Source of the DNA: Isurus oxyrinchus
Taxonomy: Eukaryota
DNA: 64,000 nucleotides
Direction: 5' to 3'
NCBI GenBank assembly: GCA_026770705.1
Contig: JANJGN010000121.1
Coordinates: 1,240,001 to 1,304,000 of the forward strand
Shown here: positions 1 to 13,491 of the stretch, in pieces
Layout: every line of letters begins with the position of its first letter
Numbering within the stretch: position 1 is the stretch's first letter
Notes under the pieces: generated by a model
Database searches by the model: none
What the model was told of the DNA's origin: nothing
The model's input: the letters and a program-made list of their open reading frames with translations, nothing else
Position numbers and translations under genes: made by a program

Positions 1-460
1 TGCGAGAGAGAGAGAGGGTACTTGTGTGTGAGAGAGAGAAAGAGGGAGACAGCAGAAGAGCGAGATAGAGAGAAATGGTGAAAGTTTGAGAGAGAGAGAA
101 TGTGTGTGTCAGAGAGAGAATGAGTGTGTTTGAGAGAGAGAGATAGAGCAGAAGAGTGCGATAGATAGAGATTGTGAGTGTTAGAGAGAGAATGTGTGTG
201 TGTGAGAGAGAGAGAGAGCAGAGGAGTGTGATAGAGAGAGATTGTGAGTGTTAGAGAGAGAATGTGTGTGTGAGAGAGAGAGATAGAGCAGAAGAGTGTG
301 ATAGAGACAGATTGTCAGTGTTAGAGAGAGAATGTGTGTGTGAGAGAGAGAGATAGAGCAGAAGAGTGTGATAGAGAGAGATTGTGAGTGTTAGAGAGAG
401 AATGTGTGTGTGTGAGAGAGAGAGATAGAGCAGAAGACTGCGATAGATAGAGATTGTGAG
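1..460. repeat. GA/GT-rich degenerate tandem repeat (~80-bp higher-order unit)
   Basis: Recurrent gattgtgagtgttagagagagaatgtgtgtgtg. Confidence 0.85.
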
Positions 461-729
461 GACTAAACTCACTGAGAGAAAAAGCTGGACACCCAGCACA
501 GGGAGTGAGGGAACAATGAATTTTTTGCCGTCTTTGGTGAATCAGTTTGCGATGTCCCTTCTCAATCTCTCCTTCCTTGTCTTGACGTTAGTTTATTCCC
601 TGGGGCTGTTTAATTCCCTGAAAGGTGCCATTTAACCACAAGTTGTTATTGTTTGAGGAAGAAACGCTGGGGACAATTTATGAAAAAGTCTCTGTCTTTA
701 TCATTTTCCATTTAGATGAGGAACTGAAG

Positions 730-775
730 ATGGGAGAGGTCGGTCTGATACTGATCTTCATCAGCTTGCTGCAAG
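730..775 (+). CDS. Gene A signal-peptide exon (MGEVGLILIFISLLQG)
   Basis: ATG at 730, hydrophobic core, phase-1 donor CAAG|gtacaa; acceptor tttag at 711-715. Confidence 0.8.
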
Positions 776-1084
776 GTACAAATTCATTACTGATCGGAAC
801 TCAGGGAATTGGATTCTTTCCTGGAGTGAGGAAGTGAATATTTAATTTTAGAGAAAAGGGTTAGTGATCACACAGAGAGTGAGTGAATAGCGAGTCAGAG
901 AATTTAGCAAAAGCAAAAGTCTCATACGGACTCGAAACACCAACTCTGTTTCTCTCTCCACAGATGCTGTCAGACCGGCTGAGTTTTTCCAGCATTTTCT
1001 GTTTGTGCATCAGAGAGCTTGTTTCAATAGGAATGACAGTGCATTTATATAGCACCTTTAATGCAGTAAAACATCCTTATTGCT

Positions 1085-1560
1085 TCACAGGATTCCCCCA
1101 CAAGGGGTAACATCCCCTCAGCATCCACCCTGTCAAACCCCCCACCACCTCAGAATCTTATATGTTTCAATAAGATCACCTCTCATTCTTCTAAACTCCA
1201 ATGGATACAGGGCCCAACCTGCTCAACATTTCCTCATAAGACAAACCCCCTTCATCCCAGGAATCAGCCCAGTGATCCTCCTCTGAGCTGCCTCCAATGC
1301 AGAGTCTATCCCTCCCTAAGTAAGGAGACCAGAACTCTACACACTGCTCCTGATACAATCTCACCAACGCCCTGTACAGTTGTAGCAAGACTTCCCTCCT
1401 TTTATACTCCATCCCTTTGCAATAAAGGCCAACATTCCACTTGCCTTCCTCATTCCGTGCTGTTCCTGAATGCTGACTTTCTGTGATTCATGTACAAGGA
1501 CACCCAGATCCCTCTGTACCGCATTCTGCTGCCTCTCTCCATTGAAGTAATATTCTGCTT
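1085..1560 (-). mobile_element. CR1-like LINE 3' fragment
   Basis: MEYKRREVLLQLYRALVR..L.Q.CVEFWSPY, the CR1 ORF2 C-terminus. Confidence 0.8.
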
Positions 1561-1595
1561 TTTGATGTCCTGTCTCTTCCCTTGTTGCCTTTCAG

Positions 1596-1952
1596 GAGTG
1601 ACGTCAGAGGGATGGTCTATGAAGGCGCTGTCTCGGAGGGCCATCAGCAGCTCTTGTGTGGTTATTCCGTGTAGCTTTGACTTTCCTTCCCACTCTTACA
1701 CAGCACTGCACGGAGCTTGGTATAAATATTGGTATAGATGGAAATATACCATCACATACACCAAAGATCCCAACTATGCGATGGCCACATTCGTGGGACG
1801 TGCTAAAATAATCGGCGACTTGGAAGGGAAGAATTGTTCGGTGAGGATTGACAGTCTCAGAGCTGAAGATAGTGATGTGTATTACTTTTATGTGGATGTG
1901 GAGGGCTACACAGATCACACTTTTACACAACCAGTCCAACTCCAGGTTCTTG
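1596..1952 (+). CDS. Gene A V-set Ig exon (Siglec-type)
   Basis: ttcag| ... CVVIPCSFDFP ... W ... GDLEGKNCSVRIDSLRAEDSDVYYFY ... QLQVLG|gtaagt; Siglec cysteine pattern (CxxIPC plus E-strand Cys). Confidence 0.9.
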
Positions 1953-2082
1953 GTAAGTCCCAGTTCCTTTCACACTCAGTCTATCAGCACAAGGGGGTCA
2001 TGTTCTCATCTCAGAGCCAGGCAGTCATGGGTTGAATTCCTGCTCCAGGAGATGTCAGAACAAAGTCCAGTATGTGATCTGG

Positions 2083-2430
2083 TGCAGTACTGAGGGAGTT
2101 CCACACTGTCAGAGGGTCAGTACTGAGGGAGTGCTGCACTGTCGGAGGGTCAGTACTGAGCGAGTGCCACACTGTCAGAGCATCAGTACTGCGGGAGTGC
2201 TGCACTGTCGGACGGTCAGTACTGAGGGAGTGCTACACTGTCGGAGGGTGAGTACTGAGGGAGTGCTGCACTGTCACCGGGTCAGTACTGATGGAGTGCT
2301 GTACTGTCGGAGGGTCAGTACAGGGGGAGTTCTGCACTGTCGGAGGGTGAGTACCGAGGGGGTGCTGCACCTTTGGGGGGTCAGTATTGAGGGAGTGCTG
2401 CACCGTTGGGGGGTCTTTGCCGAGTGAGTG
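2083..2430 (-). repeat. 30-bp satellite (cagtgcagcactccctcagtactgaccctccga family)
   Basis: Tandem units, reverse orientation. Confidence 0.9.
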
Positions 2431-3054
2431 CTGCTCTGTCTGAGAATTATCACTTGTATCAAAATGTTTTTAACTTTACTGTTGTTCCCACTTCAGCTGC
2501 AACTGCTCCACATCCCCATGTGTTAACTGGAGCATGTCAGCCTGGAGTTACGTGGAATTGCAGAGCAGAATCTGCTCTCACACATTGAAGCTGGCAATCG
2601 CTAAGTGTCCCTCAGTGATGATGTTTTCTGATGGAATGAAACTTGGCAAAGCCGTGGGTAGTGATAAGGAGAGATTGGGCATGAGAGGGGCAGGATCAGT
2701 GTGAGGTGGGCAGACACATGGCTGATGCAGTTCAGCGCAGTGTCGTGTGAAGTGACGCACTTTGTCAGGATGAATACAGACAGATATTGGACAGTAATGA
2801 TTTGGACAGGTGTAGGTGAGCAGAGACCTGGGCGTCTCTCTGCACTCATTCTGAAAGATTAAAGGACAAATTGTTGAGGTGATGAAGAAAGAAAATGTCT
2901 TCCTTGTGTTAACAGACTGAGGAACCCAGTTAAAAGCAAAGAGATCATGCGGGAACTTTATAAATCACTGGTTAGAACTCAGCTGGAATATTGTTCAGAA
3001 CGCTGGGCTCCACACTTCAGGAAAGATGTAAGAGCTTCAGAAAGGGTGTCCAAG

Positions 3055-3420
3055 AGGACAAAACTGTAAAAACTGGGACATAAGAGTCCTGCTCCAAACT
3101 GGTCTTGTATAGCTTAACATATAACAGTGGTAAAACTGGGAAATAAGAGTCCTGCTCCAAACTGGTCTTGTATAGCTTAATATAAAACACCAGTAAAACT
3201 GGGAAATAAGAGTACTGGTCCAAACTGGTCTTGTATAGCTTAATATAGAACACCAGTAAAACTGGGAAATAAGAGTCCTGGTCCAAACTGGTCTTGCATA
3301 GCTTAATATAGAACACCAGTTAAACTGGGAAATAAGAGTACTGGTCCAAACTGGTCTTGTATAGAATAATATAGAACACCAGTAAAACTGCGAGATAAGA
3401 GTACTGATCTGAACTGATTT
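3055..3420. repeat. 63-bp minisatellite, about 6 copies, inside a CR1 fragment
   Basis: Repeated aaaactgggaaataagagt.ctg.tccaaactggtcttgtatagcttaat. Confidence 0.85.
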
Positions 3421-3429
3421 TTTGCTTCT

Positions 3430-3890
3430 GGGTGGAGAGGAGATTGAGCAGAATGGGTCCAGGGATGAGGGATTTTAGCTACAAGGTTGGGTTGGAGGAG
3501 CTGGGGTTGTTCTCCTTGGAACAAAGGAGATTGAGGGGGGATCTGATCGAGGTGTACAAGATGATGATGGGTTTAGATAAGGTAGACGAAGAGAAGATGT
3601 TGCCATTAGCTGATGGTACAAGGACCGGGGGACACAGATTGAAGGTTGTGGGTGGGGGGCGATGTGAGGAGGAACTTTTTTACACAGCGAGTGGTAATGA
3701 GCTGGAACTCGCTGCCTACGAGGATGGTGGAAGTGGAGACGATGAACAATTTCAAAAGGAAATTGGACGGACAATTGGAAATAAACTCACAGGGATACGA
3801 GGACAGAGCGGGGGGAATGGGACTGATTGGATTGCTCTACAGAGAGACAGCATGAACTGGATGGGCCAATGGCCTCCTTCTGTGTTCTGA
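3430..3890 (+). mobile_element. CR1-like LINE 3' fragment
   Basis: LGLFSLEQRRLRGDLIEVYK. Confidence 0.85.
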
Positions 3891-3975
3891 GTGTCTGTGA
3901 CCCTATTGAAAAATCAGAGGACAAATACAAATTGTTTTCTGCTTGTCAGTTAACATCTGGAACTTTCTATTACAG

Positions 3976-4263
3976 ATGCTCCAGATAAGCCAGTTATTGT
4001 GCTCCTGAAGGATTTACAGGAGGGGACTCCTGCACATATCATTTGTAAATGCCTCTACACCTGCCCTGATAACCACCCCAATCTAACCTGGAGTGAATTG
4101 CTGACTTCATCGGTCAGCAACATTACAGAGAACGGTGGTGAGGTTTCCGCTCTACTGACCTTTAACCCTTCGTTCAAGCATCATGGACGAACTCTCCGCT
4201 GTACGTGCGACTACCCTCAAACCAGCCATCGAGTGGTCAGCTCCGTTACTCTGAGTGTAAAGT
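3976..4263 (+). CDS. Gene A domain 2 (Siglec C2-set)
   Basis: tacag|(D)APDKPVI...CKCLYTCPDNHPNLTW...ALLTFNPSFKHHGRTLRC...LSVK|gtaagt; phase 1-1. Confidence 0.9.
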
Positions 4264-4771
4264 GTAAGTATTGATTAGAACATCATGCTTGTGATGGAGG
4301 GGGAGTCGGTCTCCTATTAAATCAGGCATTGGAGAAGGCGCAAGTTGGATTGACAAGGATGATTCCAGAACTGAGATGTTATAGCTATCAGGAAAGACTG
4401 AACAAGCTGGGATTCTTTTCTCTAGAAAAGAGAAGGCTGAGGGGGTGACCTCATCGAGGTCCTTAAAATGGTGAAAGGGTTTCGATAGGGTAGATGTGGA
4501 GAAGATGTCTCCACTTGTCGGAGTGACGAAGAGTTAGGGGCCATCAATATAAGATCATCACTAATAAAATGGTGCACACTGCTAACAATGTGTGTTCATG
4601 GTGGAGGGAGTGAATGTTGAAGATGGTGGGTGGGATGCCAATCAATCGGGCTGCTTTGTCCTGGATGGTGTCGAGCTTCTTGAGTGTTGTTGGAGCCGCA
4701 CTCATCCCGGCAACTGGAGAGAATTCCATCACACTCAGTGTTTAATGTGTTGATAATTTTGTATTTGAAAG

Positions 4772-5029
4772 ATTCTCCTCACAACACGTCTGTCAGGCTG
4801 ACACTGGAAAAAGGAAAGGTGATTTCTCTAAGTTGTTCCAGTGACGGGAATCCAGCAGTCCACAATTTCACCTGGTTTAAGATCTCCCAAGGAAAGATGA
4901 CGAATCTCGCGCTCGCTGGTCAAACTATTACAGTTCCTTATGGATTCGATGAGGAAATCTCCTACTACTGTGAAGCAACAAGTATCCTGGGCAGTTCCCA
5001 GTCTCTGCCCATTAGAATTCCCACTGAAT
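4772..5029 (+). CDS. Gene A domain 3 (CD22-like C2/I-set)
   Basis: aaag|(Y)SPHNTSV...LSCSSDGNPAVHNFTWFK...YYCEATSILGSSQS|gtgagt. Confidence 0.85.
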
Positions 5030-6329
5030 GTGAGTAATTTCAATCCTGACTTTTAAACAATTCCACATCTTGTCCAAACTCCGAGGTGAACCAAATCTCC
5101 CCTTGGGTGTTGCTGAAAACATGCTGTCGAAGGTTTCAATCCTCGTCAGGACAGAGTCACGAGAAAACCCAATCTCAAAGGGAACAGCCATTTCTGATGC
5201 GGGGGAAGAGGGCGTGCTGATTGGCTGGCAAGTCGACATTTCTCCACAGTTTGTTCACAATTCTCAGTGATGGTCACCATGAAACTACCAGATTGTTGTA
5301 AAAACCCATCTGGGCCAGTAATCTCCTTTAGGGAGGGAATTCTGCCATCCTTACCCGGTCTGGCCTACATGTGACTCCTGACCCACAGCCATGTGGGGGA
5401 ATCTTAACTGCCCCTCTGAATGGGCCGGGCATGCCACTCAGTTGTATTCGAGCGGGCGGCTCACCACCGCCTTCTCAAGGGGCAACTAGGGATGGGCAAT
5501 AAACGCTGGCCCTGCCAGTGATGCCCACATTACTGAATGAATTCCAATAGAAGAGGAATCCTCCCATTCTAGAGATTGGCGATCCATACACTGGGCTGAC
5601 ATTCCCAGTCATTCAATAATCAGCCTGTTCCCCCATTCAATCAGATCACGGCTGGTCTGTATATTAACCCCATCCACCCAGCTCGGTTCCTTAAACCTTA
5701 AACACCCCCCGACCCAACAGAAATCTCCCAATGTCAGTTTTGAAATTTACAATTGACCCCTCCCAGCCTCGACAGCTTTTTCTGGGGGAGAGAGTTCCAG
5801 ATTTCCACCCCCCCTTTGTGTGAAGAATTGCTTCCTGACATCACCCCCTGAACGGCCTGGCTCCAATTTTAAGATTCTGCCCCCTTGTTCTGGACCCCCC
5901 CCTCACCTCACCCCCACCCCCACCCCCCACCCCCACCCTCACCCCCACCCCCACCCCCACCCCCACCCCCACCCTCACCCCCACCCCCTCACCTCACCCC
6001 CACCACCAGGGGAAATAGTTTCTCTCTATCGACCCCATCAAATCCTTTAATCATCTTAAACCCCTCGATTAGATCACCCCTTAATCTTCAAGACTCGAGG
6101 GAACACAAGCCTGGTCTGTGCAACCTGTCCTCAGAATTTAACCCTTTCAGCCCCGGGATCGTTCTGGTGACTCTGGGCTGCAGCCCCTCGGAGGGCAATA
6201 TACCCTCCCTGAGGGGCGGGACCCACAACTGAAGCCACTAACTGCAGGTGGGCTCTGAGCAGAGATTTATAACCTGACGCATCTCTCCGAGCCTCTTTGT
6301 ATTCCCACTTCCTTGGGGTAAAGGCCCCT

Positions 6330-8685
6330 ATTCCATCGGAATTCTCTATTGCTACGGTGTGACTGACACGGGATATATTAATGGGTGGTTTTCCTCTGAA
6401 CTGTATCTCAGAATAAATGATCCCCTGGAAAAAAATGACCATAACCTGGTACAATTCAGCATTCCCTCTGAGACTGAGAAACTTGGGTCGGAAACAACTG
6501 TGCTGGACTTAAATAAGTGTAATTACAAAGAAATAAGGACAGGGTTGTCTGGAGTGGACTGGGAAAGGGGTTTAGCAGAAAAGATGCTGGATGAACAATG
6601 GCAGATCTTTAAGAATATATCTCATGACTCACAACAAAGATATATCCCGGTGAGGAAGAAGGATTGTAGGAAGAGAATAAACCAACCTGGGTTACCCAAA
6701 GAAGTTCAGGCGTGTGTCAAATTGAAAGAGAAACCATGCAATATGGTTAGTGGTAAGCCAGAGGATTGGGAACGTTTTAAAAACCAACAGAAGATGACCA
6801 AAAAATAAATAAAGAGGCAGAAAACTATGTAAACTAGCAAATTATAAAAAAAGGACAGTAAAAGCTTCTTTAAATATATAAAAAGGGAGAGAGAGACCAA
6901 AGTGAACATAGGCCCCTGAGAGAACTAGGCTGGGGAAATAATAATGAGGAGCCAGGAAATGACAGAGGAGTTGAATAAATACTTTGCATCAGTCTTCACG
7001 GTAGAACACACTAATAGCATTCCAAAAATACTAAATAATCAAGGGGCAAAAGGGGGGTGGGGGGAGGAAATAAATACAGTAACTATCACTAGAGAATAAT
7101 ACTAGGGAAAGTCATGGGTCTCAAGGCTGATAGGTCCCCTGGACCTGATAGGTTGCATCTTAGGATATTAAAGGAAGTAGATGCAGAGATAGTGGATGCA
7201 CTGGTTTTAATCTTCCAAGAATCCTTAGATTCTGGGAAACTCCCAGAGGATTGGAAATCTGCCAAAGTAACACCCATATTCAAAAAGGGAGGGAGACAAC
7301 AAACAGGAAACTATAGGCCAGTTAGCTTAACATCTGTCATTGGGAACATGTTAGAGTCCATTATAAAGGATGTAATAGCAGACTATTTAGAAATGCATAA
7401 TTTAATCACACACAGGCTTCATGAAGGGGAAATCATGCATGACAAATTTATTAGAATTCCTTGAGGAGATAACAAACAGGATAGATAAAGGGGAACCAGT
7501 AGATGTAATATATTTGGATTTCCAAAAGTTGTTCAGTAAATTACCACATATAAGGCTACTTAATAAGATAAGAGCCCATGGTGTTGGGGGCAGTATATTA
7601 GCATGGATAGAGGATCGACTAACTAAGAGAAGACAGAGATTTGAGATAAGGGGGGCATTTTCAGGATGTCAACCTGTGGAGTGCCACAGGGATCAGTGCT
7701 GGGGCCACAATTATTTACAATATATATTAATGACTTGGATGAGGGAAATTAATGTACTTTCGCCAAGTTTGCGGATGACACAAAAATAGATGGGAAGGCA
7801 AGTGGTGAGGGTGACACGAAGAGTCTACAGAGGGACATAGACAGGTTCAGTGAGTGGACATCAACTTGGCAGATGGAATATAATGTGGGAAAATGTGAGC
7901 TGCTGCACTGTGGCAGGATGTATAGAGGAGCTGAATATTATTTCAATGGAGAAAGACATTGGAAAGCTGAAGCATAGAGGAATTTGGGGGTCATCAGAAA
8001 GATAACTTACAAGTTCAGCAGTTAATAGGGAAGGCAGGTGGAATGTTGGCCTTTATTTCAAAGGGAATGGAGTATAAAAATAGGGAAGTCTTGCTAAAAC
8101 TATACAAGGCACTAGTTAGACCACACCTAGAATACTGTGAGCAGTTTTGGTTCCCTTATCTAAGGAAAGATGTACTGGCATTGGAGGCAGTCCAGAGAAG
8201 GTTCACTAGGTTGATCCCAGTAATGAGGTATTTTCATATGAGGAGAGGTTGAGTAGGATGGGCCTGTACTCATTGGAGTTTAGGAGAATGAGAGCTGACC
8301 TTATTGAAACATATAAGATTCTTAGGGTGCTTGACAGGGTAGATGCTGAGAGGTTGTTTCCCCTTGTGGGAGAGTCTAGGACCAGAGGGCATAATCTCAG
8401 AGTAAGGGGTCACCCATTTAAGACAGAGATGAGGAGTTTCTTCTCTCAGAGGGTAGTGAATGTGTGGAATTCTTTACTACAGAGAGCTGCAGAGGCTGGG
8501 TCATTAATTATATTCAAGGCTGAGAGACACAGTTTTTTAATCAGTCAGGGAATCAAAGGCTATGGGGAAGAGGCAGGAAAGTGGAGTTGAGGATTGTCAG
8601 ATCAGCCATGGTGTCATTGAATGGCGGAGCAGAGTTGATTGGCCGAATGGCCTCCTTCTGCTCTGACGTCTTGTGGTCTTATGGT
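6330..8685 (+). mobile_element. Degenerate CR1-like LINE (RT region to 3' end)
   Basis: SPGPD, LPEDWKSAKVTPIFKKG, NYRPVSLTSV, VDVIYLDFQK, KFADD; multiple frameshifts. Confidence 0.92.
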
Positions 8686-8689
8686 CTTA

Positions 8690-9585
8690 TCACCCTCCAA
8701 CAGTGCAGATCTCCCTAATTACTGATCCTCCGACAGTGCAGCACTCCCTCAGTACTGACCCTCCGACAGTGCAGCACTCCCTCAGTACTGACCCTGCAAC
8801 AGTGCAGCACTCTTCCAGTACTGACCCTCCGACAATGCAGCACTTCCTCAGTAATGACCCTCCGACAGAGCAGCACTCCCTCAGTACTGAACATCTGACA
8901 GTGCAGCAATCTTCCAGTCCTGACCCTCCAACAGTGCAGCATTCTTCCAGTACTGACCCTCCGACAGTGCAGCATTCCCTCAGTACTGACCCTCCGACAG
9001 TGCATCACTCCCTCAGTACTGACCATCCAACAGTGCAGCACTCCTTCAGTACTGACCATCTGACAGTGCAGCACTCCCTCAGTACTGACCATCCAACAGT
9101 GCTGCACTCCCTCAGTACTGACCCTCTGACAGTGCAGTACTCTCTCAGTACTGACCCTCTGACAGTGCAGCACTCCCTCAGTACTGACCCTCTGACAATG
9201 CAGCACTCTCTCAGTACTGATCCTCCGACATTGCAGCACTCCCTCAGTACTGACCATCCAACAGTGCAGCACTCCATCAGTACTGAACCTCCAACAGTGC
9301 AGCACTCCCTCAGTACTGACCATCCAACAGTGCAGCACTCCCTCAGTACTGACCATCCAACAGTGCAGCACTCCCTCAGTACTGACCCTCCGACAGTGCC
9401 GCACTCCCTCAGTACTGACCATCCAACTGTGCAGCACTCCCTCAGTACTCATTCTCCGACAGTGAAGTACTCGCTCAATACTGACTATGCGGCAGTGCAG
9501 CTTTCACAGTACCCACCCTCCAACAGTGCAGCACTCCCTCAGTACTGACCCTCCGACAGTACAGCACTCCCTCAGTACTGAGCTG
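8690..9585 (+). repeat. 30-bp satellite array (~29 units)
   Basis: TVQHSLSTDP pseudo-ORF. Confidence 0.95.
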
Positions 9586-9712
9586 TAGTGACTGCCTGAA
9601 TTAAGTGCTTTGTGGTGAAGGAACCTACATTGATATCACACCTTTCACATTCTCAGTGTCTCTCAAAGTGCTTCACAGACAATGGAAGTAACTGATCTTT
9701 ATTTGTTTTCAG

Positions 9713-9994
9713 ACACACCACAGAATCTCTCAATTAATTCTCTTGATATGATTAACGTTTCATCGATCAATATAATTGAGGGGTATTCTGCAGTGATAAT
9801 CTGCTCAGTCGAGAGCTTCCCAACTTCTAACCTGACGTGGCGACATCTTAATGTCCCAATGAACAGAACAAGTTCCAACAATGATCTGTGGTTGGTGATT
9901 CCTCACGTTACATCCAGGGACACTGGAGACTATCAGTGTGTGGCAGAGAATGAACATGGAGCAGTGGAGGGGTTCATAACCATCACTGTGGAAC
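9713..9994 (+). CDS. Gene A repeated C2 exon, copy 1 (282 nt)
   Basis: ttcag|...PQNLSI...IICSVESFPTSNLTW...DTGDYQCVAENEHG...TVE|gtgagt. Confidence 0.9.
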
Positions 9995-10473
9995 GTGAGT
10001 TACACAGACTTCAACAACTCTCTCAGATTTGAACACATATACATAAATGCACTCCCACACGCACTCACTGCACTGGAGTCTTGGTGTCAGCTCCAATTCT
10101 GGATGGAACGAAGGTAAACTCCAGATCAACAAGACCCTGAATTGGATGACCAAACTCCTGAACAGTGAATTGTAGATTTACCCCTCAGTGCTCCATCAAT
10201 CAAATACAATTCATTGCCTGTAAAGGCTTGGCGAAATCCTGAGGATGTGAATGAAAGTTTCTTTCATTCTAGATTGATAGCACCTCAACTGGTGGGGGAA
10301 TGCAACTGCAGTGTGACAGTTTACATAGGCAGTGTCCATTATAAATGTGACAGAGGAACTTATGCTGAGGAAGGTGCCTGGAATTGTATTCAGACATCAG
10401 ATACGGAGAGATGATACATGGAGTCTTGATGTGCATTGTGCTTGCTCACTCTAAAATCTTTATATGTTTTTAG

Positions 10474-10755
10474 ATGCTCCACAGAACCTCTCAATTACTT
10501 CTCTTGATATGATTAACGCTTCATCGATCAATATAATTGAGGGGAATTCTACAGTGATAATCTGCTCTGTCGAGAGCTTCCCAGCTTCTAACCTGACGTG
10601 GCGTCATCTTAATGTCCCAATGAACAGAACAAGTTCCAACAATGAGCTGTGGTTGGTGATTCCTCACGTTACATCCAGGGACACTGGAGACTATCAGTGT
10701 GTGGCAGAGAATGAACATGGAGCAGTGGAGGGATTCATAACCATCACTGTGGAAC
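10474..10755 (+). CDS. Gene A repeated C2 exon, copy 2 (282 nt)
   Basis: tttag| ... |gtgagt; near-identical to the exons at 9713, 41668 and 42874. Confidence 0.9.
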
Positions 10756-10789
10756 GTGAGTTACACAGAATTCTACATTCTCTTGTTAT

Positions 10790-11830
10790 TAGCTCATGGG
10801 ATGTGGGCATTGTTGACAAGGCCAGAAATTATTGCCCATCTGTAACTGCCCCTTGAGAAGGTGGTGGTGAGCTGCCTTCTTTAACCACTGCAGTCCATGT
10901 GGTGTAGGCACACCAACAGTGCTGTTAGGGAGGGAGTTCCAGGATTTTGACCCAACGACGGTGAAGGAACGGCCGATATAGTTCCAAGTCCCAGGGCAGA
11001 CCACCACCTCATGTTGATTTCCAAGTCACACACCTCACTGACTTGGAACTGTCTTGGTGGAAGAGGTTAAGGGTTTGGAAGGTGCAGTCGAAGAAGCTTT
11101 GGTGAGTTGCTGCAGTGCATCTTGTAGATGGTGCATACACTGCTGCCATTGTGTGCCAGTGGTGGAGGGTATGAATGTTTATGCTGGTGGATGGGCTGTC
11201 GATCAAACAAGCTGCTCCTGGATGGTGTCGAGCTTCTTGAGTGTTGTTGGAGCTGCACTCATCCAGCCAAGTGGAGATTATTCCATCACAATCCTGACTT
11301 GTGCCTTGTCGATGGTGGACAGGCTTTGGAGAGTCAGGAGGTGAGTTACTCACCGCAGAGTTCCCAGCCTCTTACCCGTTCTTGTAACCACATTATTTCC
11401 TGTTGCCGGGTTGTTGCCAGGGCCAAAAGCCTTTGCTGTATCCAGTATCATCAGCTGATTCCTGATGTCACGTGGAGTCAATCGAATTGTCTGAAAGCTG
11501 ACATCTGTGATGCTGGGACCCTCTGGAGGAGGCCGAGATGGATCATCCACTCAGCACTTCTGGCTGAACATGGTTGCCAATGCTTCAGCCTTGTCGTTTG
11601 CACTGATGTGCTGAGCTCCCCCATCATTAAGGATGGGGATATTTGTGGAACATCCTCCTCCTGTTAGATCTTTAATTGTCCATCACCATTCATGACTGGA
11701 TGTGGCAGCACTGCAGAGCTTAGATCTGACCCGTTGGTTGTGGGATCGCTTTGCTCTGTCTGTAGCATGTTGTTTCCGCTGTTTGGTGTGTATGTAGTCC
11801 TGTGTGTCACCTCAGCAGCTTGGCACCCCT
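10790..11830 (-). mobile_element. LINE fragments (same family as 51747-52780)
   Basis: 3' end rc of caccttctcaagggcaattagggatgggcaata; IRLTPRDI..L..LDTAKA.GP.N. Confidence 0.75.
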
Positions 11831-12021
11831 GTTATATGTGAATCCTCCTTATAGAAACCTGCATGTACATGGATATTATCAATAAATATTACATAGATAA
11901 ATGTTATTTGTATAGACCTTTCATGCATAGACAATATCACTTCACAAGTTCAGAATTACTACATGTACATAGGGAACCATTCTCAAACTGTACCGGAGTC
12001 ATTCATTGGCTGATTTTACAG

Positions 12022-12118
12022 GGCGAGATTCCAATGAATGGAAAGCAGGATTGCTTGGAGCTGGAATCTGTCTGAGTGTTGGACTGAGTGGATTCTTCAT
12101 CTTCAAGTGTGTGAGAAA
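12022..12118 (+). CDS. Gene A transmembrane exon (RRDSNEWKAGLLGAGICLSVGLSGFFIFKCVRK)
   Basis: ttttacag| ... gagaaa|gtaagt, 97 nt, paralogous to the 47754-47850 TM exon. Confidence 0.85.
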
Positions 12119-12749
12119 GTAAGTGTGAAGGTTTAATTGGTTGTTTTTGAACATGTTTTCTTCAACCTTCTCTCCTTATAGAAAGAACTTGCATTTCTAT
12201 AGCAACTTTTACAATCCAAAACCCTTCACAGCCCCTGAAGAGTTTTGATGTTCACCTACCGTTTAACATCTCATCCAACACTCACTGTTTCACAACTCAG
12301 TCCTGTAACTGGCAGGGTTGACCCGGACCATAAGATACCTTGTGACCTACTGAGTTTGTGAAAGGTGCGATATAAATGAAAACCTTTCTTTTGTTAGTGA
12401 ATACAATCTCTTTCCTTTTTCCATGTTTCATTCACTCTCTCTCTTACCTCCACTAATGCTCTCCTTCTCATTTTCTCTCTCATTCACTCTCTCTCTTACC
12501 TCCACTAATGCTCTCCTTCTCATTTTCTCTCTCATTCTCTCTCTCTCTCATTCACTCTCTCTTATCTCCACTAATGCTCTCCTTCTCATTCTCTCTCTCG
12601 TCCTCTTACACGTTGTTCAGTCTCTCACATTTTTAAGGAGCGCTGAGCAACATCTGCTCCTTCAGAAGATCCACCTCAACACCTGGAGTGAGCAGTGAAT
12701 TGAAACTCGCTCACCGACTGCTCAGCTTTACACAGGAATCACGTCACAG

Positions 12750-13140
12750 AGTCAGGACACAAAGGGTTAACAGTTTGTTAACAACACAACACTAAGGCCC
12801 TACGTTTCAATGAAAGGGTTTTCACAATTGTTCCCCAATTCCTGATTTGACTCACAGAGAGACATCAACCCTTTCTCATTAAATACACAGAGGGAGCAGC
12901 ACAGGAAGAGGTCATTCAGCCCAAGCAGAGCGTGTGGGCAGTTCCTCCCCAGGCGAGCAGTCGGACAGGTACTGGGTAAGTAACGGAACGATTGGAATTC
13001 ACTTCCACCACCAACACCGTCCTTTGTTGATGTTGTGACTTTATAAAGACAGATTCCAATGATTGATGCCTTTGAAAGATTTCTACTGATTATTGAGATC
13101 TGGGTGTGAGGCTCAAGTCTGTTGTACAGAACATCTTTCT
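12750..13140 (+). promoter_or_regulatory. Copy 1 of putative promoter/non-coding first exon (inside gene A intron)
   Basis: Same block as 19370-19745 and 26180-26490; donor |gtaagt at 12976. Confidence 0.5.
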
Positions 13141-13491
13141 GGTTAAATTATGCAGACAGGTTACACACAGTCTACGATTATATTCACTCGGGTCTAGAAG
13201 ATTTAGGAGGGATCTAATTGAGGGGTTCAAACTGATTAAACACTCGATAGGGTCGATAGAGAGAAGCTATTCCCTCGGGTGGGGGTGGGTGGTGGGGGTC
13301 GGGTGGAGTCCAGAACAAGGGGGCTGGAACTTTAGATTGGAGCCAGGCCGTTCAGGGGTGATGTCAGGAAGCACTTCTTCACACAAAGGGGAGTGGAAAT
13401 CTGGAACTCTCTCCCCAATAATCAAACCCAACACCGAATACACATCATGTTGATTGTCATTCTGTCCATTTCCATCTCTATTTCGGAAGAG

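Noticed and set aside
8673-9548. 291-aa TVQHSLSTDP repeat ORF as a mucin-like stalk exon
   Set aside because: It is the 30-bp satellite, present in both orientations throughout the window.
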